The notes under the pieces were generated by a model. It searched no databases and was not told the DNA's origin. It worked only from the letters and a program-made list of their open reading frames with translations. A DNA stretch of 64,000 nucleotides, taken from an uncultured Acidimicrobiaceae bacterium. GTDB taxonomy: Bacteria > Actinomycetota > Acidimicrobiia > Acidimicrobiales > RAAP-2. Below, piece by piece: positions 1-8,926 of this stretch. The stretch lies in contig CAWHFM010000009.1 in NCBI GenBank assembly GCA_963828505.1, positions 180,872 to 244,871 of the forward strand. Direction: 5' to 3'. Every line of letters starts with the position of its first letter. Position 1 is the stretch's first letter. A program made the position numbers and the translations under genes.

Positions 1-1029
1 TACAAGGTCCTTGTCAAGAAAGCGTCCGCGCAGGTGTTCGACCCATCCCTTGGGTGGGTGTACGGGTTGGCTTCGGAGGTGGGTGACCAACCAGGACCAG
101 ATCTACTTGAAGCTTTCAGCCTCCAAAGAGGTGAGGTACACGAGGGCCCGACCATCGGTCTCGGGGGCGGGTTCTCCGAAAACTTGAGCCTGGCCGACGG
201 CTCCTTGTGGGTGGGCGGTTCCATCGGCAAAGGGAGCCAACCGCCAGGGCCAGAGCTTTGCCAGGTGAACCCCGTCACATTGCGCCTCGTGCGGCAAGTC
301 TCGCTCCCCGCTCCGCAACCGGGTAATGAGGTTGGGTCCGCGACATTGGTGAGTCCGGGGTCGCACGACACGGTGTGGGTGGGCTACGGGAACACGCTTG
401 TGCACTTGGACGCGCGAACCGGGGCAATCGGGTCGACCGAGACCGTTGCCACTGGCTCCATCACGAGCCAGGCCACTGATCCGGAGGACCACCTCCTTTA
501 CGTTTCACTCTCTTATCCGACGATCGACGGCAAGATGGTCGACGCCGCCGTCGAGGAGCGTATGGCGATCAGCGGGAAGCTGCTCTCCACGACCTCGGCA
601 ACCAGCCCGGTGACCGAGTCGGTGGCAGGCGGCGAGTTGACGGCACTGCCGGACGGTGTCGCCACATCGTTTCGGACAGGGATGATGGGGGAGACCGAAC
701 TGCTCGAGGCCGCAGGACTGACGGCGATCACTCCTCCGGGGCTCGCCCCGACATACCGCGGATTCGACAAGCCGCCCGGCGACGTCTTCGGCTGGCCGAT
801 GGGCGACTCGACCCTCTACGCGGCCGGAAGCCTTTGGATCCAGAACGAATGGGGTGTGCTGGCGTGCGTGAATCCGGTTACGGGAGCAGTATTCGCCTCC
901 GAACAGCCTCGGCAGCCCAGTGCGATCTCTATGACTCTCCTCGGCACTCAGCCGGCCTCGCACCAGCTCCTCGCCGCGTTTGGAGATGAGGTGATCTCGA
1001 TCAGCGCCCCGACGGCCTGCTGGCACTGA
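1..1029 (+). CDS. hypothetical protein, 5' end probably outside window
   Basis: Frame of ORF 34..1029 stays open back to base 1. GC3-rich codons. Gly/Ser/Thr/Val-rich beta-type sequence with no motif I can name. Confidence 0.5.
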   Translation, partial: YKVLVKKASAQVFDPSLGWVYGLASEVGDQPGPDLLEAFSLQRGEVHEGPTIGLGGGFSENLSLADGSLWVGGSIGKGSQPPGPELCQVNPVTLRLVRQVSLPAPQPGNEVGSATLVSPGSHDTVWVGYGNTLVHLDARTGAIGSTETVATGSITSQATDPEDHLLYVSLSYPTIDGKMVDAAVEERMAISGKLLSTTSATSPVTESVAGGELTALPDGVATSFRTGMMGETELLEAAGLTAITPPGLAPTYRGFDKPPGDVFGWPMGDSTLYAAGSLWIQNEWGVLACVNPVTGAVFASEQPRQPSAISMTLLGTQPASHQLLAAFGDEVISISAPTACWH

Positions 1030-1100
1030 CGTGGGATGGCACCATCGACCTGTAGGTTGGCGAGTCGCCGGGAGACCGGGCGAGGGCTTTGGGGGGCGCG

Positions 1101-2012
1101 ATGACAGAGCGACGGATCGGATCCATTCACAGCCACGCGTTCTGGGATCGTTCTATCGAACCGGTTCTGCGGGTTGCTGCCGGCACGGAGGTAGAGCTCG
1201 AGCTTCTGGACGCCAGCGGCGGTCAGGTCTCCCCGGAGGATGGATCCGATGCGATCGGTCGTCTCGACTTCGCGCAGGTGAATCCCTGCACAGGTCCGAT
1301 TGCCGTCGATGGTCTTGAGCCCGGAGATGGTCTGGTCGTCACCATCCTCGACATCTCCCCGGCACGATGGTCATGGACAGCAAATATCCCCGGATTCGGC
1401 CTCTTGGCCGACGATTTCCCGGATGCTCAACTTTGGATCTCGAAAGTCGACCACAGTGGGGTGCACACCCCGATCGGGGTCGAGCTACCAGCTCGCCCGA
1501 TGATTGGAACCATTGGTGTCGCTCCAGCAGCGCCCGGGCCATGGCCGATCCTCGTTCCCGCGAGCCACGGCGGAAACATGGACATCTGCCAGATGGGGGC
1601 GGGAACGCAGCTCCATCTACCGGTTCTCGTGTCCGGAGCCTTGTTCTCCGCCGGGGACGCCCATGCGCTTCAGGGAGATGGCGAGGTCTGCGGGACCGGA
1701 GCAGAGACTGGTTCCACGCTAACGGTGCGTCTGGACCGAGCCGACGCTCCGCATGCGGGATCGCCATGGCTCGTTCATGAGGCCCCTGCGCTCGACACCC
1801 GATTCGTGACGACGACCGGCATTGGTCCCGATCTGTTCGATGCGGCCCGCGAAGCCACCCGTCGAGGCATCGATAGTGTTGTCGCACGAACATCCCTAAA
1901 CCCCGTCGATGCCTACCTCCTGCTCAGTCTCATCGCTGACCTCCGGATCTCCGAGGTAGTGGACGCACCCAACTGGGTCGTGAGCCTCCACATCCCGGCA
2001 CGCTACCTCTGA
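1101..2012 (+). CDS. acetamidase/formamidase (FmdA/AmdA) family protein
   Basis: Sequence pattern typical of the family (SHGGNMD, GDAHALQGDGEVCGT). ATG 1101 follows a G-rich SD; TTG 1089 is an alternative start. Confidence 0.75.
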   Translation: MTERRIGSIHSHAFWDRSIEPVLRVAAGTEVELELLDASGGQVSPEDGSDAIGRLDFAQVNPCTGPIAVDGLEPGDGLVVTILDISPARWSWTANIPGFGLLADDFPDAQLWISKVDHSGVHTPIGVELPARPMIGTIGVAPAAPGPWPILVPASHGGNMDICQMGAGTQLHLPVLVSGALFSAGDAHALQGDGEVCGTGAETGSTLTVRLDRADAPHAGSPWLVHEAPALDTRFVTTTGIGPDLFDAAREATRRGIDSVVARTSLNPVDAYLLLSLIADLRISEVVDAPNWVVSLHIPARYL

Positions 2013-2274
2013 GCCAAAATTCGGCCCAGCCGTTCGGCCTGGGGCGGAACGACGGCTCAAAGAAACCAACGACGCTTCGGCCAGACCCGTCGAAGCTCTC
2101 GGCCGTCGCGACCGTGAATCGACGACCTGCGCCGTTCACCGATCATGAGCTCAGTTGGGTGGGCCACCCGAGAGCCAGCGAGCCGCTCTTGGGGGAAGAC
2201 AGCTGAATGGTTCGACGGAAGCGGATGCGTTGGGCGGCCGCTTTCGGAGCGATTGCGACGCTTTCTCATGCGCA

Positions 2275-2559
2275 TTACGTGCCGGGGGCTGGGTGCTCGT
2301 GCTGCACGGGGTGCTCATGCTGCACGGGGTGCTCGTGCTGCACGGGGTGCTCGTGCTGCACGGGGTGCTTGTGAGACGGTCCGGCGTGGCCTTCCTGACC
2401 GGTCGGCGGGGTGACCTCACCGCGGAAACCCAGCACTCGGAGGAAGAAGAGACCAATCCGGTTTGGGCCTTTGCGCAGCTGCGCCGCCTTGGCCTCGGCC
2501 TCATGACCGTCAGTCACAGGAATTCGGCGTGGTCCCGCGTACCGTACACGTCTGCTCAC
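2275..2559 (-). CDS. small His-rich protein with C-terminal (HEHPVQ)n repeat, putative metal-binding
   Basis: 94-aa ORF with GC3-rich codons. Hydrophobic core GLFFLRVLGF, then HKHPVQ plus 4x HEHPVQ encoded by an 18-bp tandem repeat. Start uncertain (GTG near 2508 also possible). Confidence 0.4.
   Translation of the reverse strand: MSRRVRYAGPRRIPVTDGHEAEAKAAQLRKGPNRIGLFFLRVLGFRGEVTPPTGQEGHAGPSHKHPVQHEHPVQHEHPVQHEHPVQHEHPAPGT
2293..2375. repeat. 18-bp tandem repeat gtgctcgtgctgcacggg, about 4.6 copies
   Basis: Read directly: units at 2293, 2311 (one G>A change), 2329 and 2347, plus a degenerate fifth unit. Confidence 0.9.
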
Positions 2560-2739
2560 GCCCGCATCCTATTTGGACCATATCGGGCTGAGGGAGAACG
2601 GCTGGTCTCCGGGAGGTCCACAAAGATGAGGGTGTCCGACCGTTCCATTCGTTCTTCAAGTGACGGCCAAGGCCGCCAGCCGTCAATAATCCGACGATCA
2701 AAGGACATTACGGAACGAATCCGCTCCCGGGTCGCTGCG

Positions 2740-3228
2740 TCATTGCTCAGCGTGATAGAGCTGTTTGGCCAGCTGGATGTGCCCGAGGTGTTCGCGAGCG
2801 TGGCCGTAGTTTCCGATCAACCAGGTCAACCCAGAGCGCACTTCCCCGGCGGGCAGAGTTGGAAGGGCGAAGACCGACATCAGGCGGTCGGCCTCGATGC
2901 GCGGTGTCACCGCTGCGACGAGGTCGTCGGCTTCGTCAATCAATTCGAGTACCCCATCCATGGTGAGTTTCTGGCCCACGAACTCTGCCGCTCGATCTCG
3001 TTCGCAGGGCAGGCCGGCCACGCACAGAAGCGTCTCGGCTTCGGACCCGACGAGGTGGGTGATGACAGTGGAGATAGAGTTCGCACCCCTCGTCGGTACC
3101 CAGTTGAGGGCATCGACTTCAAGCCCGTCGAGTTCGTCGCGCAGCTGGTCATGGACCTGATGGAGAAGGGCGAGAACCACGCTGGCCACCTCTTCACCAT
3201 CAGACGCCGCAGGAAGGGGCACGCCCAA
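2740..3228 (-). CDS. DinB family protein
   Basis: DinB_2-like helical pattern with His motifs (ITHLVGSE, YGHAREHLGHI). Low-GC AAGGA stretch upstream. Start uncertain (TTG 3228, GTG 3222 or ATG 3309). Confidence 0.65.
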   Translation of the reverse strand: MGVPLPAASDGEEVASVVLALLHQVHDQLRDELDGLEVDALNWVPTRGANSISTVITHLVGSEAETLLCVAGLPCERDRAAEFVGQKLTMDGVLELIDEADDLVAAVTPRIEADRLMSVFALPTLPAGEVRSGLTWLIGNYGHAREHLGHIQLAKQLYHAEQ

Positions 3229-3287
3229 AGTCTGCCACTCAATCCTTTTCTCTTGTTGTGGGTTGCGGCTGGTTCTCTTCTGGTGGG

Positions 3288-4340
3288 TTACGGCTGGGGC
3301 TGGTTCCACTCGATCCAGCCGGCGCCGTTCCGGCCGTCGTCGGCGCGGTATCGAACCAACGCCCTCGGGAATCGACTCGTGCGGCCGTCCTCGTCCCGGA
3401 GCAGCACCGGGCCATACGCCAGGGGCTCGACGTCGATCCCGAGCTCGAGCGGTTCCGACTCGTTGCCATCGGGGTTCGTCATGTCCATGGCCGTCAGCTC
3501 GATCCGGGCGACCGTCGGGAAACCGACGGGGCCGAGGTCCTCGGTGACAGACAGCGACGTGATCGTGTGCACAAGCGACCGGCCCTCAGGAGTCGGTGTC
3601 TGCACGTAGCCGAAGAAGGCCGGCGAGCCGGGGATGCGGATGTCGGCGAGATGGATCCGGGTGCCGTCGTCCAGACGAGCCGACGACCAGCACCAACCGA
3701 AGGCCCACCAATCGCGGACGCCCCAGGAGTGGTCGCGTTGTCCTTGCCCGTTGACGTCGAGCGTGTGATCACCGAGCGTCACGGTGCCCGCCACCGTGCA
3801 CGGGATCTCGTACCGAGTGGTGAGGACGTAGTGGTACGGCGTGCCGGCGGTCGTCCAGGTCAGGTCGAGGCTGGCCGACGTCGGTTCCCACCCGGTGTCC
3901 GAATAGGCATCTTCGGGGCGGGAGAACTGTTTGGCCTGCATCCGGGGCACGCGCAGGCGGAATTCCTCGAGCGGCCGCACGATCTCGATCTCAACGTCCG
4001 CGACATCGGAGCTCGACGCGAGGCCGTTCCCGTCCGGGACCGGAGCGGCATAGTCAACACAGCAGGTGCCGCCTGACCCGGGGATCACCAGCCAGGCCGT
4101 CCACCAGGCGACCTGGCGATTCGGGTAGAGGCCGAGTCGCAACCAACCTCCCCACAGATCGCCGGTCGCGTCGGCGGAGGTGGGGGTGCGGGTAGTGGTG
4201 GTGGAGGTGGGGGAGAGTCGAGACGGGCCAGGATCGGCCGACTGGACGAAGTCGCAGTAGTACGACTCGTTCCAGAGCTCGGCGTCGTCGGGCGGGTGCC
4301 GGGCCTCGTCGGATGGGTCGACGACGTGGGCCGCCGTCAC
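3288..4340 (-). CDS. conserved hypothetical protein (WNESYY / GQRDHSWG motifs)
   Basis: 350-aa ORF. Its GTG start overlaps the upstream stop (GTGA). The motifs resemble actinobacterial conserved hypotheticals. Contains a Thr/Ser-rich low-complexity insert. Confidence 0.6.
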   Translation of the reverse strand: MTAAHVVDPSDEARHPPDDAELWNESYYCDFVQSADPGPSRLSPTSTTTTRTPTSADATGDLWGGWLRLGLYPNRQVAWWTAWLVIPGSGGTCCVDYAAPVPDGNGLASSSDVADVEIEIVRPLEEFRLRVPRMQAKQFSRPEDAYSDTGWEPTSASLDLTWTTAGTPYHYVLTTRYEIPCTVAGTVTLGDHTLDVNGQGQRDHSWGVRDWWAFGWCWSSARLDDGTRIHLADIRIPGSPAFFGYVQTPTPEGRSLVHTITSLSVTEDLGPVGFPTVARIELTAMDMTNPDGNESEPLELGIDVEPLAYGPVLLRDEDGRTSRFPRALVRYRADDGRNGAGWIEWNQPQP

Positions 4341-4976
4341 CGGGCCGGTCCGGGTTCCATGGCGGTCGCGCCCGGAGGGCCGGCGATCTCGACGATGGGA
4401 TCGTCGCGGTCGTCGAACTCGGTTCGCAGGGCTCGGGACATGACAGCGTGCTGAAAGTAGAGGGTCGTGATGTAGGTGAGCTCCAGCAGCGCTTCGTCAT
4501 GGAGGTGACGTCTCAGCTCCGCGAAGAGCTCGTCGGGTACCCGGCCGTGGCCGTACACGAGGCAATCGGTGTAGGCGAGAACGGCGCGCTCGGCCCGGCT
4601 GTAGGTTCCGTCCGGGGCGACGGACCAGGCGGGAATGTGCGTGATCTTCTCCTCGGGCATGCCGAGCCCGCGCATGGACTTGGCGTGCTGGGAGAACACG
4701 AACTGGCTCCCGGCGGCCCAACCGGCGCGGATCTGGCCGAGCTCGCGCAATTTCGGGATCGAGGACCCGGGTGGGGGACTGGTACAAGCCGAATCCCTTG
4801 ACGCAGTGCTCCAGGATCTCGGGGCTCAGGGCGAAGACGGTCCACCAGTCGCCCGTAGTCCCATCCCAGCGACCTGGCTCGGCAACGGGGTCACGGCCCT
4901 CGAAGAGCCATTCGTACATGGTGGTCACGATGGGCGCGGTGGCCTCGTCCTTGGGGACCTGGCGGAGTCGGGGCAT
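4337..4976 (-). CDS. carboxymuconolactone decarboxylase (AhpD-like) family protein, reading frame broken near 4750
   Basis: The N-terminal part (ORF 4497..4976) ends ...RVLDPEI. The continuation RELGQIRAGWAAGSQFVFSQH... lies in ORF 4337..4750, one frame away. Removing one base in gaaattgcgc restores LDPEIRELGQIR. Confidence 0.6.
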
Positions 4977-5033
4977 CGGCGTGGTCTCGGTGTCGTGTGA
5001 GGGGGGTTGGCGGTGACGGTGGAGTTCGAGGGA

Positions 5034-5678
5034 TCAGACCGGACTGGGGGAAACGGGTTCGGACAGGTCGATCGGTTCGATGGTTTCGTCCTGATCCGAG
5101 CCCGTCGCGTCGCCGGGGCCGCTCGAGAAAGCGCGAGACGCCGCCCGAGCGGGGGAGTGCGTGACGTCGGTGTGGTCGAAGTCTCGCATCCAGCAGGCGA
5201 ACTCCAAGAGGATGCCGTCGGGATCTTGGAAGTAGATGCTCCGGACGTAGACCCCCGAGTGCATCTCGTCGCTGATACCCCACTCGGAGTCGTCGTGGTT
5301 GGCGATCTCGGTGCAGTCGATCCCGGCGGCAATGAGCCGATCCCGGTACTCCTCGATCTTCTCGGGTGCAACGTCGAAGGCGACATGGTTCATGGATCCG
5401 ATGGCGCTGGTCAGGTCGCCCTGGTCGGGCCGGGCTGCCGGTGCGCTCACGCCGGGCACGCCGTCCGGAGCGTTCGGGAACCAGAAGAAGGCGAGGCAGT
5501 CGCCGCCGCCGCAGTCGAAGAAGAAGTGTTGTCCCATGCCCGCGGGCAGCTCGATCGTCTTGACGAGCGGCATGCCGAGGACGTTGGTGTAGAAGTCGAC
5601 GGTCACTTCCATATCCCGGCAGACCAGTGCCAGGTGGTTGATCCCCCGCAACTCGAACCGCTTCGTTCCGCTGGACAT
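5034..5678 (-). CDS. VOC (glyoxalase/dioxygenase fold) family protein
   Basis: INHLALVCRDMEVTVDFYTNVLGM and MNHVAFDV motifs. ATG 5678 is preceded by GGGGAGGG SD. Acidic, Pro-rich C-terminal tail. Confidence 0.8.
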   Translation of the reverse strand: MSSGTKRFELRGINHLALVCRDMEVTVDFYTNVLGMPLVKTIELPAGMGQHFFFDCGGGDCLAFFWFPNAPDGVPGVSAPAARPDQGDLTSAIGSMNHVAFDVAPEKIEEYRDRLIAAGIDCTEIANHDDSEWGISDEMHSGVYVRSIYFQDPDGILLEFACWMRDFDHTDVTHSPARAASRAFSSGPGDATGSDQDETIEPIDLSEPVSPSPV

Positions 5679-6001
5679 CTGGCCCTCCCCGCTGTTCTGT
5701 CGCCCCATGCCGCCAAGCGGCCGGCGCTCCGGCTGCATCGGGCCTCTTCGCCCATCGGGCTGCTCGCCACCAGAGGATACGCCTCGACAGAGCTCGGACG
5801 ACGGGTCGTCGGACCTGGTGCGGCGGAGCGCGGGCAGCGCCGTCGAGCGCACTACGGTTGCCCTTGCCCAATCCACGAGGGAGTGGCGACAGATCTGCAC
5901 TCTCGACAGACCGAGATGGGGGCCGCAACGCCGATGACGACGCCGTTGGTGACGCCGAAGGCCGCGGCGAGGAGTGCGGCGTGACCACAGGCAAGCGGCG
6001 G

Positions 6002-6433
6002 ATGGACACGGACGCCGGGTTCAGGTTCCTCAACCGGGTTCACAAGAGCGTCCTGCGCGTGACCGGCGGGCGCTGGCCCACGACCCTGTCGGGCATGGCC
6101 GCAGTGGAACTCCACACCGTCGGCCGCACGTCGGGGCTGCCCCGCTCGTCGATGCTGACATCGCCCATCCACGACGAGTCGCGGGTGATCCTGGTGGCTT
6201 CCAAGGGCGGGAACGAACGAAATCCGCTGTGGTACGGCAACCTCAGGGCGAATCCAGACGTCGAGGTCACCATGAACGGGAGGACCCGTGCCATGCGAGC
6301 CCGCACCGCCTCACCAGAGGAGAAGGCCCGGATGTGGCCACAGATCGTCGCTACGTACAAGAACTACGCCCGGTACCAGGAGGATTCGGGACGGGACCTT
6401 CCGGTGGTGATCTGCGAGCCCAGGCCTTCGTGA
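6002..6433 (+). CDS. deazaflavin (F420H2)-dependent nitroreductase family protein (DDN-like)
   Basis: Typical pattern: FNRxHxxVLRxTGGR, GRTSG..R, ASKGGxxRNPxWYxNL, PEEKARMWPQ. Confidence 0.8.
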   Translation: MDTDAGFRFLNRVHKSVLRVTGGRWPTTLSGMAAVELHTVGRTSGLPRSSMLTSPIHDESRVILVASKGGNERNPLWYGNLRANPDVEVTMNGRTRAMRARTASPEEKARMWPQIVATYKNYARYQEDSGRDLPVVICEPRPS

Positions 6434-6563
6434 GCCGGGTCCACAGGGGCCGGCAAGATCCGCCGGGGCCGGATGGGTCAGGTGGTCGCGGACGGACCGG
6501 CCGGGCGACAGCCGAATCCTCCGACGGGGGCGGGGTCGGGGCAGGGACGAAGGTGACGGTACG

Positions 6564-6986
6564 ATGCCGCCAATGTCGATGGAACCAGGTGGGTCCGGGG
6601 GCGACGCGCTCGATCTGAGCATGGCCGTCTCGCAGCTGTCGTCCAACAGCACCGATCTGCGCATCATGCTCAAGCTTCTCGTCTCCCAGCTCTCTGACGC
6701 TTTGGGCGACCGCATAACGGTCGACCGGGCCGGCAGGTTTCGCAAATCCGACGAGATCAAGAACGTACGGATCGTTCTGGGCGACGACACCCTCGAAGCT
6801 GCCGTCGACGGTGGCTCGGTGCGCTGTAGCGTCGGCCACTCCTCGGGAGGGATCCGCATCCGCAGCGAACAAGTGTCGATGGACGCGTGGCTCACCCGCC
6901 TCCTGTCCACGCTTCAGTCCGAGGCCGCGCACAGCGAGCAGACTCGGCAGGCGCTCGAGAACATCATGATCGGAGGTACGTCGTGA
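6564..6986 (+). CDS. hypothetical protein, first gene of the YbjQ-paralog operon
   Basis: 140-aa ORF with GC3-rich codons. Its stop overlaps the GTG of the next gene (GTGA). No recognisable domain. Confidence 0.6.
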   Translation: MPPMSMEPGGSGGDALDLSMAVSQLSSNSTDLRIMLKLLVSQLSDALGDRITVDRAGRFRKSDEIKNVRIVLGDDTLEAAVDGGSVRCSVGHSSGGIRIRSEQVSMDAWLTRLLSTLQSEAAHSEQTRQALENIMIGGTS

Positions 6987-7858
6987 GCGACGTCCAGCCC
7001 TCGTCTCAACCCGGACCCAGCCCCGTGGACGGCGCGGCCCGAGTCGGCCCCGATGCTCAGGCGCCGAGTCCACCCAGCGACCTTCCCAAGGACGCCGCCC
7101 ATCGACTCGAGGAGCTCGAACACGGCCTGTTCACTTCGGACCTGTCCGTGAACGAGTTCCTCCTCGTCAAGGAGGCAGGTTTCCACCCGCTCGGATTCGT
7201 GATGGGCTCGTCCATCTACCACATAGGCATTCAGACGCGGCGGTGGGGGGAGAGCCAGGAGCTGAGCAAACTGACCGAGGCCATGTACACGGCCCGTGAG
7301 CTCGCCATGGGCCGGATGGACGAAGAGGCGGAGGAACTTGGCGCCGATGGGGTCGTCGGCGTGCGGCTCGACGTCAACTACTACGAGTGGGGCAACGACT
7401 CGGCCGAGTTCATCGCCTTCGGTACCGCGGTGAAGGCCGAGGACGGGACGTCGTACCGCAACGCGCTGGGCAAGCCGTTCACCTCGGATCTGTCGGGGCA
7501 GGATTTCTGGACCCTGATGCAGACAGGCCACGTGCCCCTCGGCCTGGTGATGGGCACCTGCGTGTTCCATATTGCGCACCGCAAACTCACCCAGGCTCTC
7601 GGTTCCATGGGTCAGAACGTGGAGCTGCCCAACTTCACCCAAGCGCTCTACGAAGCCCGGGAACTGGCTATGACCCGGATGCAGGACGAGGCGGGCCGGC
7701 TTGGCGCGAGCGGCATCGTGGGAGTGCGCTTGGAGGAGAAGTCGCATCAGTGGGGTTCACACACGATTGAGTTCCTCGCGCTGGGGACAGCGGTGGCCAA
7801 GGGGAGCGGCGAAGTGACGCTGCCCAAGCCGACGACGATCATCTCGCTCGACAACTGA
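6983..7858 (+). CDS. tandem double YbjQ/UPF0145 (DUF74) domain protein, paralog 1
   Basis: GTG 6983 lies 6 nt after GGAGG. Two modules, each with SDLSxxEF/DF ... GVVGVR/GIVGVR ... GTAV. Confidence 0.7.
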   Translation: MSDVQPSSQPGPSPVDGAARVGPDAQAPSPPSDLPKDAAHRLEELEHGLFTSDLSVNEFLLVKEAGFHPLGFVMGSSIYHIGIQTRRWGESQELSKLTEAMYTARELAMGRMDEEAEELGADGVVGVRLDVNYYEWGNDSAEFIAFGTAVKAEDGTSYRNALGKPFTSDLSGQDFWTLMQTGHVPLGLVMGTCVFHIAHRKLTQALGSMGQNVELPNFTQALYEARELAMTRMQDEAGRLGASGIVGVRLEEKSHQWGSHTIEFLALGTAVAKGSGEVTLPKPTTIISLDN

Positions 7859-7915
7859 TGCGGTTCTCTTGTTCGCTCTGCGTGTGATGTCCGTCACGCT
7901 CGCTCGGCGGGTCGG

Positions 7916-8926
7916 GTGATGCCCGAGGGTCCCGGTCCAGGTGGTCCCGGCCCGAGCCCGACCGGCGACACCGGCGACATCGGCGGTCCGAGCCCGGCCG
8001 AAGGCGCCACGGTCCCGCGACCGGCCGAAGCCTCGGACCTGCCCGAAGCCGCCCTGCGCCGGCTCGGATCGAGCGCCTTCTCCTCGGGACTCAGCGTGCC
8101 GGACTTCGCGGCATGCCTCGACCTCGGGCTGGAGCCGGTCGCGCTCGTGCAGGGCTTCTGCGTCATGCAATGGGGCTGGTACGGCCCGGGCTCTGGATTC
8201 GGTCGGGGCCGCTCGCCCTACGTCGGGGCCGGAGGCGCACAGGCGCCGGGTTCCTATTCCGAGATCTACCGCTGCCCCCACGGATACGTCTCGGCCGAGC
8301 ACCGGATGTGGGGCCAGAACCTCGAACAGCCGTGGGTCGAAGAAGCCTGGTCGGGCGGATACACGGCCGCCTACACCCGCATGCTCGAAGAAGCCCAGAC
8401 CCACGGTGCTCACGGCATCGTCGGGGTCGTGGACAAGGTTTCGAACATCGCCGACACGGGGACGACCGAGTTCCACTTCCTCGGTACCGCCGTGATGGTC
8501 GAAGGTGGTCCACCCCCCGCATCGGGCGTGCCCTGGAGCACGTACCTGGCCGGCCAGCGGTTGATCAAGTCCATCGAGGCCGGGTTCATGCCCGTCGCCG
8601 TGGTCGCCGCCCTGGCCTCGGTCCGGGTCTGGGCGTACTGCATGACCGAGTACCTGATGGAGGGTTCGTCGGCGTGGGGCGTGGCCCGCCCGCAGATCGT
8701 CGAGCAGGTGAGCCGAGCGCACATGGCCGTACGGCAGTTGGCCCGCAAGCAGGTCCGCCAGCAGCTGTCGGGCGACCAACTCCACGGGGCCCGCATCGAC
8801 GTCGTGACCCGTGAGCTGTCGCAAGGTGACGAGGTCATCGACTGCACCTTGCGGGGCAACCGAGTCCGCCGGTTCAAGAACTACGACGAGGTGCCGCTCC
8901 CGACGCCGACGGTGCGACTCGGATGA
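7916..8926 (+). CDS. tandem double YbjQ/UPF0145-like domain protein, paralog 2 (divergent, with insertion)
   Basis: Pro/Gly-rich N-terminus. Module 1 (SGLSVPDF ... GIVGVV ... GTAV) is split by a roughly 60-aa insert. Module 2 is degenerate. Start is GTG 7916 or ATG 7919. Confidence 0.6.
   Translation: MMPEGPGPGGPGPSPTGDTGDIGGPSPAEGATVPRPAEASDLPEAALRRLGSSAFSSGLSVPDFAACLDLGLEPVALVQGFCVMQWGWYGPGSGFGRGRSPYVGAGGAQAPGSYSEIYRCPHGYVSAEHRMWGQNLEQPWVEEAWSGGYTAAYTRMLEEAQTHGAHGIVGVVDKVSNIADTGTTEFHFLGTAVMVEGGPPPASGVPWSTYLAGQRLIKSIEAGFMPVAVVAALASVRVWAYCMTEYLMEGSSAWGVARPQIVEQVSRAHMAVRQLARKQVRQQLSGDQLHGARIDVVTRELSQGDEVIDCTLRGNRVRRFKNYDEVPLPTPTVRLG

Noticed and set aside
2293-2375. The tandem repeats here and at 14386-14475, considered as possible CRISPR arrays
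   Set aside because: The units are contiguous (18 and 15 bp) with no spacers. They lie inside coding frames and encode peptide repeats, and no cas genes are present.
2155-3609. 484-aa plus-strand ORF spanning the His-repeat and DinB regions
   Set aside because: Arg/Gly/Ser/Pro-rich shadow ORF typical of high-GC DNA. It overlaps minus-strand ORFs with recognisable domains (DinB) and has no motif of its own.
4891-6033. 380-aa minus-strand ORF and several 100-300-aa ORFs around 5.0-6.0 kb
   Set aside because: They are alternative frames of the VOC gene region with Arg/Pro-rich translations. The VOC frame has SD, motifs and GC3 bias.
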